DNA from: an uncultured virus (IMG/VR IMGVR_UViG_3300046747_000190)
Lineage: Duplodnaviria > Heunggongvirae > Uroviricota > Caudoviricetes
IMG/VR virus record: IMGVR_UViG_3300046747_000190
Length of the DNA: 64,000 bases
Direction: 5' to 3' (one strand)
The notes under the pieces are model-generated. The model was given only the letters and a program-made list of their open reading frames with translations. It made no database searches and was not told the DNA's origin. Position numbers and translations under genes: made by a program. Shown piece by piece: positions 28,317-36,091 of the stretch. Positions within the stretch are counted from its first letter, which is position 1; each line of letters begins with the position of its first letter.

Positions 28317-29135
28317 ATGGCCATCGACCCATCATCCACGTATCCAGCGCAGACCATCGCGGATGGGAACTATCCATACGGTAAGGCGCGGAATGACCAG
28401 GTCGAAGGTGACGGCACCGGCACGCCACTCGAGGCGGATCTCGTCAACGACATCTTTGGATTTCAGCAGGCGCTTCTGGGCTCCGCGAGCCTTACTCCCT
28501 CCGGCACGCCGGATAGTGCCTCGTCGTCCCAGTATCTGCTCGCCGTCCGCTACGTTGCGACGCACCCAATAAGCCGTCCGGTCTTCCTCTACGGTCTCGA
28601 CGTCACGACGCTCGACGTATCAGATGGGCTGACCGTGGGCGTGACGGCCCTCGCTACATTCCACGGCGGCGTATTGGCGAGCGGTTTGCTGTGCGGTGGG
28701 GGCGCGTTCTCGGATCCAGTGTCGTTCGCGGCCCTAGCGACATTCAACGGCGGCATTTTAACAACTGGGCTGTTTTGTGGCGGTGCGGCGTTCTCCGGAG
28801 AGATCGCTCTCTCTGGGGCTGGCCGCATCCGTCAGCATGTCATTTATGCCCCCGACGCCGACCATACCTATTCGGAGGGAGACGGAACCGTCATCGTCGT
28901 GGAAGGCTTCGTCACCGCGACGCGCATCTACAAGATCAACGATGCAGCCAATGAGGGAGCGGAGCTCGAGCTCTATAACTGGACTAGCAACGTCATGACG
29001 CTCCAGAACCAGAGCGGCGGCGCGCTGCACACGCTCGCAGTGATCAATGGCAGCGGCATTCCAGGCTACGTCAAGCTCAGCTGGCACAACAACGGCACCA
29101 CGACCGCGTGGCACCCAGTGCTAGCCGGGTCGTGA
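28317..29135 (+). CDS. Tail fibre-like protein
   Basis: YPYGKARN, DGTGTP, DIFGFQQALL, SGTPD..SSSQYL N-terminal anchor; internal repeat ALATF.GG.L..GL.CGG.AFS. Confidence 0.7.
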   Translation: MAIDPSSTYPAQTIADGNYPYGKARNDQVEGDGTGTPLEADLVNDIFGFQQALLGSASLTPSGTPDSASSSQYLLAVRYVATHPISRPVFLYGLDVTTLDVSDGLTVGVTALATFHGGVLASGLLCGGGAFSDPVSFAALATFNGGILTTGLFCGGAAFSGEIALSGAGRIRQHVIYAPDADHTYSEGDGTVIVVEGFVTATRIYKINDAANEGAELELYNWTSNVMTLQNQSGGALHTLAVINGSGIPGYVKLSWHNNGTTTAWHPVLAGS

Positions 29136-29138
29136 TCG

Positions 29139-29768
29139 GTGGCGTTCGCCGATATCTTCCCAGATCTCCTGGCGCTCTGCGCCACGGCGGGAGAGGTGCG
29201 CGCCGGACCGGTGATCGTGGGCTCCAGGTTTCGTGGCGTCGCCCACCTCCTGCTCGCGCGCGAGATGGCATTTCGGTTGCGGCTTCTACCTCGCGATCTC
29301 GACGCAAAGTCCACTACGCGGAAGGATGGCTCCGTCTCGACGAACCCGGCGCACTTCGCCTTCGTCGATGAGCGCCTCGGCGAGGCGTTCGACTGCACAA
29401 CAATGCTAGACGCCATTGTCAACGACGAGCCGATCCAAGCGGGCCTCCCGCATGGTGGACCGCACTCCGCGGACAGGTATCTCGGCTATGCCACCGATCC
29501 GGATCTCTTCCCGGTCGGCTCGGTCCCGAAGATTCCAACGACCGAGACGGATCCGACCCCGATCATCGTCGCCGATTACGCGCTACTCGCCGCGGCAGTC
29601 ACGGCGCGCGTAACTCTCGACGCTGCGATCGATGCCACCCTCGCCGGGGACGTCGTCGATGCAGTGGCAGCCGCACGAGCCGATTACGTGGACGCGATTG
29701 CAGCACGGGACGCGCGCGCGGCCATCGCACAGCCGGGACCGGACAACATCTGGGAGGGCGGATCGTAG
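29139..29768 (+). CDS. Hypothetical protein
   Basis: 209 aa ORF with phage-like codon usage in the operon. Confidence 0.65.
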   Translation: MAFADIFPDLLALCATAGEVRAGPVIVGSRFRGVAHLLLAREMAFRLRLLPRDLDAKSTTRKDGSVSTNPAHFAFVDERLGEAFDCTTMLDAIVNDEPIQAGLPHGGPHSADRYLGYATDPDLFPVGSVPKIPTTETDPTPIIVADYALLAAAVTARVTLDAAIDATLAGDVVDAVAAARADYVDAIAARDARAAIAQPGPDNIWEGGS

Positions 29769-29772
29769 ATGC

Positions 29773-30513
29773 TTAGCGACAATTGACGCCGCCGGATTCA
29801 CAGCAGATTTGCCGCTTCTGCACGAAGCGTGAGGCGTCGAATCCGCAAGAATAGTAGCCGAGTCCGCCATCGGAGTTCGAGTCAGCATTCCACTGCACCA
29901 GAGTGTTACCCCACCATCCTGTTTCACCGCATGCAGGCAGCTGCCCCGTTGGAGGGCACGGACTTTTCCAACATTTCAGCCAACCATTGCGGTCGTCGCC
30001 ATAGGCAGGTGGTCCCGCCGCGGCGTTCACCATACCGACGTAGTCGCAACTAAAACCGGGTGGCCATGACTTCGGCGGTGGACAGGAATTGTCCAGCACC
30101 GGGCACGTCGCGAAATAGATGAAGCTTGGGTACAAGGTCGGCGCGGCGACCGTTCCTCCGCTTCCTCCAGCACCGCCCGTCCCGACGACTCCGCCCGTCC
30201 CAGCGATCGCCCCGCCATTCCCAATCGTGCCGCCCGTGGCTGCCCCTCCGCTTCCCTGGCTCCCTCCAGCCTCGACGACATCGCCGCCCGCTCCGTGGTC
30301 GCCGCCTGACGAATAGCCTCCAGGGGGCCATGTAGCGCCCCCTGAGGAGGTCGAAGCGTCTCCAGCACCGAGCCGCGCGGGCGAGCCGCCAGTGCCTACG
30401 TAGGTGGCGCTTTCCCCTCCCGTCCCCTGGAGCCTTGCGGTCACCTCCGACGGGGACGCCCCGCCACACGCGACCAGAAGGACAGCTCCGAACCCGCCAA
30501 GCAAGAGCTTCAT
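29773..30513 (-). CDS. Lipoprotein with Gly-rich linker and Cys-rich C-terminal domain (moron)
   Basis: GGAGG RBS; MKLLLGGFGAVLLVAC lipobox; GTGG/GAGG linker; about 10 Cys in the C-terminal domain; antisense to the late operon. Confidence 0.82.
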   Translation of the reverse strand: MKLLLGGFGAVLLVACGGASPSEVTARLQGTGGESATYVGTGGSPARLGAGDASTSSGGATWPPGGYSSGGDHGAGGDVVEAGGSQGSGGAATGGTIGNGGAIAGTGGVVGTGGAGGSGGTVAAPTLYPSFIYFATCPVLDNSCPPPKSWPPGFSCDYVGMVNAAAGPPAYGDDRNGWLKCWKSPCPPTGQLPACGETGWWGNTLVQWNADSNSDGGLGYYSCGFDASRFVQKRQICCESGGVNCR

Positions 30514-30566
30514 TTCCTCCAATGGTCCGCACGCTTCCGATCCGCGTCAACTGAACGCCCGGCTAC

Positions 30567-31343
30567 ATGTCATTTTTCCGCATCTATCAGCACCTTTTGC
30601 CGTCAGGAGCTGCCTGGCGCACCACCATCCAGAAGACGCTGCGGAGCTTCTTCGATGGTCTGGCCGGGGGCCCGTCTGACGCGCGCGACTACATCGACGC
30701 CCGGTTCGAGGATGCCTTCCCTGCCACGACGAGCCTTACGGCGCTGGCTGCCTGGGAAGCTCAGTTCGGCATCCAGCCGAATCCGGACGAGGCGACGCGA
30801 CGGCTCAATCTTGCGGCGGAATGGGCGGCGGGTGGCGGGCAGTCGCCCAGCTACATTCAGGGCGTCCTTCAGACTGCCGGCTTCGACGTCTACGTCCATG
30901 AGTGGTGGTCATCGGGTCCGCCATACGTTTCTCGAGACCCGCGCGACTACACGACTCGGCCGCTCGTCGGCACGTGGCGGTGCAGCGCGTTCGCGAGCCA
31001 ACCGACCTGCTCGGGGTTCGCGACTCGTCCGCGGTGCAATCGTTTTCTCAACAACGATCCGCACTATCTCGTAAACAAGAACCTTACGAACGTCGCGCCC
31101 CCTCCGGTCCCGAATGATCCAGCGCGTTGGCCGTACTTCGTCTATGTCGGCGACGAAACGTTTCCCGACCTCGCCAACGTCCCGGCGTCGAGGCGTTCCG
31201 AGTTCGAGCGGCTGATCCTGAAACTTCGACCGCTGCACAACTGGATCGTCACGCTCATCGTCTACGTATCGAGCGACGTGGCTCTGACGACGGAAGACGA
31301 CATCGACATCACGACAGAGGGCGACGTCACCCTGGTGGCGTGA
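30567..31343 (+). CDS. Baseplate protein (Mu gp48/YmfQ-like)
   Basis: HLLPSGAAW, LAAWEAQFGI, GGQSPSYIQ..L..AGF, LILKLRPLH. Confidence 0.88.
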   Translation: MSFFRIYQHLLPSGAAWRTTIQKTLRSFFDGLAGGPSDARDYIDARFEDAFPATTSLTALAAWEAQFGIQPNPDEATRRLNLAAEWAAGGGQSPSYIQGVLQTAGFDVYVHEWWSSGPPYVSRDPRDYTTRPLVGTWRCSAFASQPTCSGFATRPRCNRFLNNDPHYLVNKNLTNVAPPPVPNDPARWPYFVYVGDETFPDLANVPASRRSEFERLILKLRPLHNWIVTLIVYVSSDVALTTEDDIDITTEGDVTLVA

Positions 31344-31358
31344 CCGAGAGCAATTCCA

Positions 31359-32483
31359 ATGGGCATCAAAATCTCAGCGCTGGCAACGGAGTCAACCCCA
31401 ACCGGAGCGGCTCTGCTTCCTCTCGTCCAGGGTGGCGTCACGAAGAAAGCGACACTCACCAGCCTTTTGGCGCTTGCATCCGGGGCGGTGCCACCGCTGA
31501 GCAACGTCCATTTCGTCGACCAGGGAAGCGGCGTTTCGTCCGGCAATGATGGGTCTATCGGCAAGCCCTGGCTGACCGCTGCTGATGCGCTCGCCGCGCT
31601 TCCGCCGGACAGCACCCCGCATACCATCCTTCTGACGCCCGCGGACTATTCTGGAGAGGGAGCCCTCAGCACTCCGGGCGGATTCTCTGGGCTCGTGACG
31701 CTGGTCGGCCTGGCTCTGGATCCGGATGCCACCATGCTCGGCAATATTACAACGGCCCCGAGCATCATCCTCGAAGGAATCTCCGCCTTAGGGGTAACAG
31801 CGGGCTCGCAACTCTTCACACGGGATTGCGTCCTTCAAGGTATAGAGGCTTACAACATCGATCTGCGAAGCACGAAGATCAACGATTCTACCTGCGATGG
31901 TGGGAGCTTCGTTTCGCAGAGCAGTACGTTCAACGGGGCAATCGCTTCCGCCGGTACCTCCATCATCTTCCGGGACGCCACGTTCACCGGCGGAGCGGTG
32001 GGGATCACATTCACCGGGGATCCTGGCATCGTTGAGATGGACGAAAGCAGCTATCGGTCGGCGCTCGATGCCGGCGGATTGACGATCACGAACGGGACGC
32101 TGGCGTTTAACGAGAATCTTGCGCAGGTAACGCCAGCAACGACGAACGAAAACTATGACTTCGGGGATCCCGTCGCATGGGCGAAAGCACGATCCGCATC
32201 TCTGTACAAGACGACTAATTTCACCATTGGTGGGCTCGTAGCACCAGGCATTCACGACCCACACGTGAAGGATATTTTCTTCTGGCTCGACGCCGGGTCC
32301 GGGACCGTGACGATCGCCTGTGAGGACACAGGCTCCGCAGCGGCGAACAGGATCCTGACCGGCACGGGAGTCGACATCATCGTCGTCAACGTCGGTGTGA
32401 CAGGCCCCTACGGCGTCCGAAGGTTCCATTATTCCAGGGACCTACAACGTTGGTTGATGAGCAAGTCGCAGTTCCCCAACTGA
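31359..32483 (+). CDS. Tail fibre / spike-like protein
   Basis: KISAL N-terminal domain; HFVD...GNDGSIGKPWLT motif that typically precedes beta-helix domains. Confidence 0.72.
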   Translation: MGIKISALATESTPTGAALLPLVQGGVTKKATLTSLLALASGAVPPLSNVHFVDQGSGVSSGNDGSIGKPWLTAADALAALPPDSTPHTILLTPADYSGEGALSTPGGFSGLVTLVGLALDPDATMLGNITTAPSIILEGISALGVTAGSQLFTRDCVLQGIEAYNIDLRSTKINDSTCDGGSFVSQSSTFNGAIASAGTSIIFRDATFTGGAVGITFTGDPGIVEMDESSYRSALDAGGLTITNGTLAFNENLAQVTPATTNENYDFGDPVAWAKARSASLYKTTNFTIGGLVAPGIHDPHVKDIFFWLDAGSGTVTIACEDTGSAAANRILTGTGVDIIVVNVGVTGPYGVRRFHYSRDLQRWLMSKSQFPN

Positions 32484-32550
32484 TCACGGCTTCTCCCGCC
32501 ACGTCGGCGGAGGAGCGCACAGATTCGCCAGAACGGCGAGGAGCAACACC

Positions 32551-32871
32551 ATGAATCAAGCAGCAGAAGTGCTCGTCAGCGAGAGCGTGACGCGCAGCGA
32601 TTGCGGAACGGACATCCCGACCGCCGACACGATCATCTACACGGACAGCCCGCGATCCGCCTTCGTCGAGAAGATGCGTGAACTCGCGACGCGCGTGGAG
32701 AGCGGCGCGCTGAATGGTGCCTCGTGCCAGTGGAACGACAACCCCGACCAGCCGGCCATGGTCTACGTCGAAGCCTTTCCCGTCGTCGATGGGCAGAGGA
32801 CGACTCGCCTGGTGCGGGTGACGTTCGAGAAACCGGAATCTCGCATGCGCCTCGTGGCGGAAAGGGTCTGA
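32551..32871 (+). CDS. Hypothetical protein
   Basis: GAGGAG RBS, 106 aa. Confidence 0.65.
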   Translation: MNQAAEVLVSESVTRSDCGTDIPTADTIIYTDSPRSAFVEKMRELATRVESGALNGASCQWNDNPDQPAMVYVEAFPVVDGQRTTRLVRVTFEKPESRMRLVAERV

Positions 32872-32874
32872 CAG

Positions 32875-33282
32875 ATGGCCTTGAACCCAAAGACTTCGCT
32901 CGCGTCACGCGCCCTCGCCTTGAACGCGGCCTTCGACATCCTCAACTCGGGGAAGCTCGAGATCTACGACTCCACTCAACCGACCGACGCGGACACGGCT
33001 CTCGGCGCTCAACAGCGGCTTGCCGGCCTGGTGCTGAATGCGACGGCGTTCGCAGCGGCCTCGGCTGGCAGCAAAGCCGCCAACGCGATCACCCAGGACT
33101 CGAGCGCGGATGCAACGGGCACGGCCTCCTGGGGCACGCTGGTCGCGTCGGCTCGCACGACGACCGGCACGCTCGACTTCTCGGTCGGGACGTCGGGCGC
33201 GAACCTGAACCTCAACAGCGTGGCGATTTCGAGCGGCGCGGCCGTTTCGTGCTCGTCCTTCACCATCACGCAGGCGGCTTGA
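32875..33282 (+). CDS. Putative virion structural protein
   Basis: Small beta-rich protein, LEIY..QPTDAD, ADATGTASW, DFSVGTSGA. Confidence 0.7.
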   Translation: MALNPKTSLASRALALNAAFDILNSGKLEIYDSTQPTDADTALGAQQRLAGLVLNATAFAAASAGSKAANAITQDSSADATGTASWGTLVASARTTTGTLDFSVGTSGANLNLNSVAISSGAAVSCSSFTITQAA

Positions 33283-33287
33283 TTCCA

Positions 33288-33593
33288 ATGGCGAAAGTTT
33301 TCTACCTACGACATCAGGCAGCTGGGATCCTGACCCAGTTCCCGTTCACCCAGAAGCCGACCGACGCGCAGCTCAAGGCTGTCGGCGCGATCTGCGGAGC
33401 GGTGCACGGCGAGAACCACCCGAAGACCGATGAGCCGTACTGGCTGACGGTCGTCGAGGCGACGATGTTCGGTCCGACCGACATCCCGGAAGTTCCGGAG
33501 CCCACTGCTGCGGACGAACGGGTGCGTGGGAGCGCCGCCGCGGGACTCGGGGACGTCGGGGCCTCCGGGGTCGGGCACGTCAAGAACCGCTGA
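33288..33593 (+). CDS. Hypothetical protein
   Basis: ATG start MAKVFYLRH, 5 nt after the upstream stop. Confidence 0.65.
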   Translation: MAKVFYLRHQAAGILTQFPFTQKPTDAQLKAVGAICGAVHGENHPKTDEPYWLTVVEATMFGPTDIPEVPEPTAADERVRGSAAAGLGDVGASGVGHVKNR

Positions 33594-33602
33594 GGCGACG
33601 AG

Positions 33603-34562
33603 ATGACTGCGCCGCTCGTTGAAACATTCACCGCCGGATCCCCTGCGACCTGGACGCCGAACGCCGCCGCCACGTCGTTTTTCCTCCAGGCATGGGGACC
33701 CGGTGGCGGTGGCGGCGGCGGTAAGACTGGCGCGACGTCCACGGTCAGGCAGGGCGGCACGGGTGGCGGCGGTGGCGCTTACTTCGAGGTGATGATTACC
33801 GACGCGACGAAGATCGCCGCCATCATCGCCTTGGGAGCCTACACGGTTACGACCCCAGGGGGAGCGGCGGGCGGCCCGGTCAGCACGGCAGGCACGAGTG
33901 CGACGACGCCGTGCAGTGTCGTCAATGGTACCGACATTCTGATCTCTGCGTTCGGCGGCGGCGGCGGAGCGGGCGGCGCCGCAAGCGGAGCGAAGTGTGG
34001 CGGATCCGGCGGCGGATGCACGGCGGTCGGGGTCGTCGGCACAACGGCTGCCGTGGCCGGCGGTGGCTCAAACACTGCCAACCTAAACGGTGTCGGGTAT
34101 GAGGGTGCAGGATGCACGACTGGTGCCGTCGGTAACCCGGGCTGTTTCGGCGGCGCTGCGGGCGGTGGCTGCGTGACGACGGCGGGCACTTCGTTCGCTG
34201 GAGGAGCGTCGCTCCTCGGTGGTGGTGGTGGTGGTGCGGGCGGCGGCTGCACTTCGAGCAACGGCAACGTCGCATCCTCGGCGGGTGGCTTCGCCGGTGC
34301 TCGCACCGATGGAGCTACCTCTGGGAATGGCGGCCTCGCCGGCACGACGGCGGGCGGCCTCGGCGGTACTGGCGCAGCGGGCGACAACACGAAGGGCGGG
34401 GCAGGCGGCGGGGGAGGTGGCCCGAGCGCTGCTGGCACGGGTGGTGCTGGTGGCCCGGGTGGTATTCGAGGCGGCGGAGGCGGTGGTGGCGGCGGTGGAA
34501 TTACCGGCGGAGTCGGAGGAGTCGGTGGGGCTTCCTACATCTCCATCACGACGACGTTTTGA
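33603..34562 (+). CDS. Glycine-rich virion protein
   Basis: WGPGGGGGGG, GGGGGAY and many GGxGG tracts. Confidence 0.8.
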   Translation: MTAPLVETFTAGSPATWTPNAAATSFFLQAWGPGGGGGGGKTGATSTVRQGGTGGGGGAYFEVMITDATKIAAIIALGAYTVTTPGGAAGGPVSTAGTSATTPCSVVNGTDILISAFGGGGGAGGAASGAKCGGSGGGCTAVGVVGTTAAVAGGGSNTANLNGVGYEGAGCTTGAVGNPGCFGGAAGGGCVTTAGTSFAGGASLLGGGGGGAGGGCTSSNGNVASSAGGFAGARTDGATSGNGGLAGTTAGGLGGTGAAGDNTKGGAGGGGGGPSAAGTGGAGGPGGIRGGGGGGGGGGITGGVGGVGGASYISITTTF

Positions 34563-34572
34563 GTGATCCAAG

Positions 34573-35604
34573 ATGTCCACGTTTGGAATCCCGATCGGTT
34601 GGACGAAGGTTCGCGAGACCATTTACTCGGCGAACGATACATGGGCGCCAAATGGGCGGACGTTGCTGGTCGACGTCGAGGCCGTAGGCTGCGGCGGATC
34701 GGGCGGCGGTGGCGGTGCTGATGTCAATCAATTTGGTTCTGCCGGCGGCGCGGGTGCTCGCGTTCGTCGTCGATTCTTCCTCACGTCTCTGACCGCGACG
34801 GTAGCGATCACGTGTCAGGCCGCTCCTACGGGGGCCGCTGCGACCGCAGATGGCACGGCAGGCGGCTACGCTGCATTCGGAGCCTACGTCACTGCATACG
34901 GCGGCGGTGGTGGCTCGGGCAGCGGTAGCGGGCTTGGCGGCGGCGCGGGCGGTGGCTGGATGGGGGCTGGTGGCACGGTCAACACCGGCATCGGCGGTGC
35001 TCCGAGCATGGCACCCGTTGGCGGCGCCGGCATCGACAACATTGGATTCGGCGGTGGTGGTAATCGAGGTGCAGCTCAGGTCTGGGCGCGTGGTGCGGTG
35101 TGGGGCGGTCCGAGCGGCGGCTTCGCGACTTCAGGTCAGCCCGACACCGCGTATCAAGGCGCTCGCGGCTTCCTTGGTCCTGGCGGTGGCGGCGGCGGTG
35201 GTTCGGTCAACGGCAATCCCACTCAAGGGCAGGCCGGCGGCAGCTCCGGTCCGTGGACGGCAGCTAAACCCGTCGCCGACCCGTCCCGACTCGGCGGTGG
35301 CGGTGCCGGCGGTGTCGGCACGACGGGCGCCGATGGCACCGGGGGCGCCAATGGGGACGGCTTCACGCTCGGCGCTGGCGGCGGCGGTGGCACCTACAAC
35401 ACCGGTGGTACGGGCGGCAAGGGAGCCTCCGGCGGCTATCCTGGCGGCGGAGGTGGCGGCGGTGGATCGAGCGCTACGACGGGCGGCGCAGGCGGCTCGG
35501 GCGGCGGCTCACAGGTGCGTGTCACCGAGTGGGGGCCGCCCGCCTCCGATGCCTGGATGCCGCTTCAACAACGGCAGCAGCTCCGCACCCTTCTCTGCAT
35601 GTGA
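34573..35604 (+). CDS. Glycine-rich virion protein (paralogous architecture)
   Basis: VEAVGCGGSGGGGG, TAYGGGGG, YPGGGGGGGG, VRVTEW. Confidence 0.8.
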   Translation: MSTFGIPIGWTKVRETIYSANDTWAPNGRTLLVDVEAVGCGGSGGGGGADVNQFGSAGGAGARVRRRFFLTSLTATVAITCQAAPTGAAATADGTAGGYAAFGAYVTAYGGGGGSGSGSGLGGGAGGGWMGAGGTVNTGIGGAPSMAPVGGAGIDNIGFGGGGNRGAAQVWARGAVWGGPSGGFATSGQPDTAYQGARGFLGPGGGGGGGSVNGNPTQGQAGGSSGPWTAAKPVADPSRLGGGGAGGVGTTGADGTGGANGDGFTLGAGGGGGTYNTGGTGGKGASGGYPGGGGGGGGSSATTGGAGGSGGGSQVRVTEWGPPASDAWMPLQQRQQLRTLLCM

Positions 35605-35613
35605 AAGCAAACC

Positions 35614-36081
35614 ATGGGACGACTTTACACAGCGGTTTTTCAGGCCGTGGCCGTCACGGCCGCACAGGATCTGATCTCGTTGCTCACGACGGCAGCGAGC
35701 CCGGTGCGCGTGCACTACTTCTCGTGCGGGCAGTCGTCGGACTTCGGCGACGCCCAAGACGAACTTCTCCGCATTCGGATCCAGCGCGGAATGACGACGG
35801 TCGGCAGCGGCGGGACCGTTCCGGCCGTGAACCCGATCGATGCTGCCAACACGATGGCCGCCGCCACGGTCGCGCGCGCGAACGACACGACGGCGGCGAG
35901 CGCTGGCACGATCACACAAATCTGGGAAGAGTGTTTCAACGTGCGAGCGGGCTACATCTTCATGCCGACTCCGGAGATGCGTCCGACCATCGCGGTGAGC
36001 ACGCGGCTCGCATTCAACCTGGTAGCCGCCCCAGCCGATTCTCTGACGATGAGCGGCACGATCGTCTTCGAGGAATACTGA
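35614..36081 (+). CDS. Hypothetical beta-rich virion protein
   Basis: 155 aa, C-terminal SGTIVFEEY. Confidence 0.7.
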   Translation: MGRLYTAVFQAVAVTAAQDLISLLTTAASPVRVHYFSCGQSSDFGDAQDELLRIRIQRGMTTVGSGGTVPAVNPIDAANTMAAATVARANDTTAASAGTITQIWEECFNVRAGYIFMPTPEMRPTIAVSTRLAFNLVAAPADSLTMSGTIVFEEY

Positions 36082-36091
36082 GAAACGCGCG

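Noticed and set aside
22316..31343. Transposable (Mu-like) phage or tailocin/eCIS
   Set aside because: The tail is Mu-like, but there is no MuA/MuB, and a full head with GpA terminase and a cos-like site is present
28317..35604. Diversity-generating retroelement or invertible fibre cassette
   Set aside because: No reverse transcriptase, invertase or template/variable repeat pair with adenine-specific mismatches was seen
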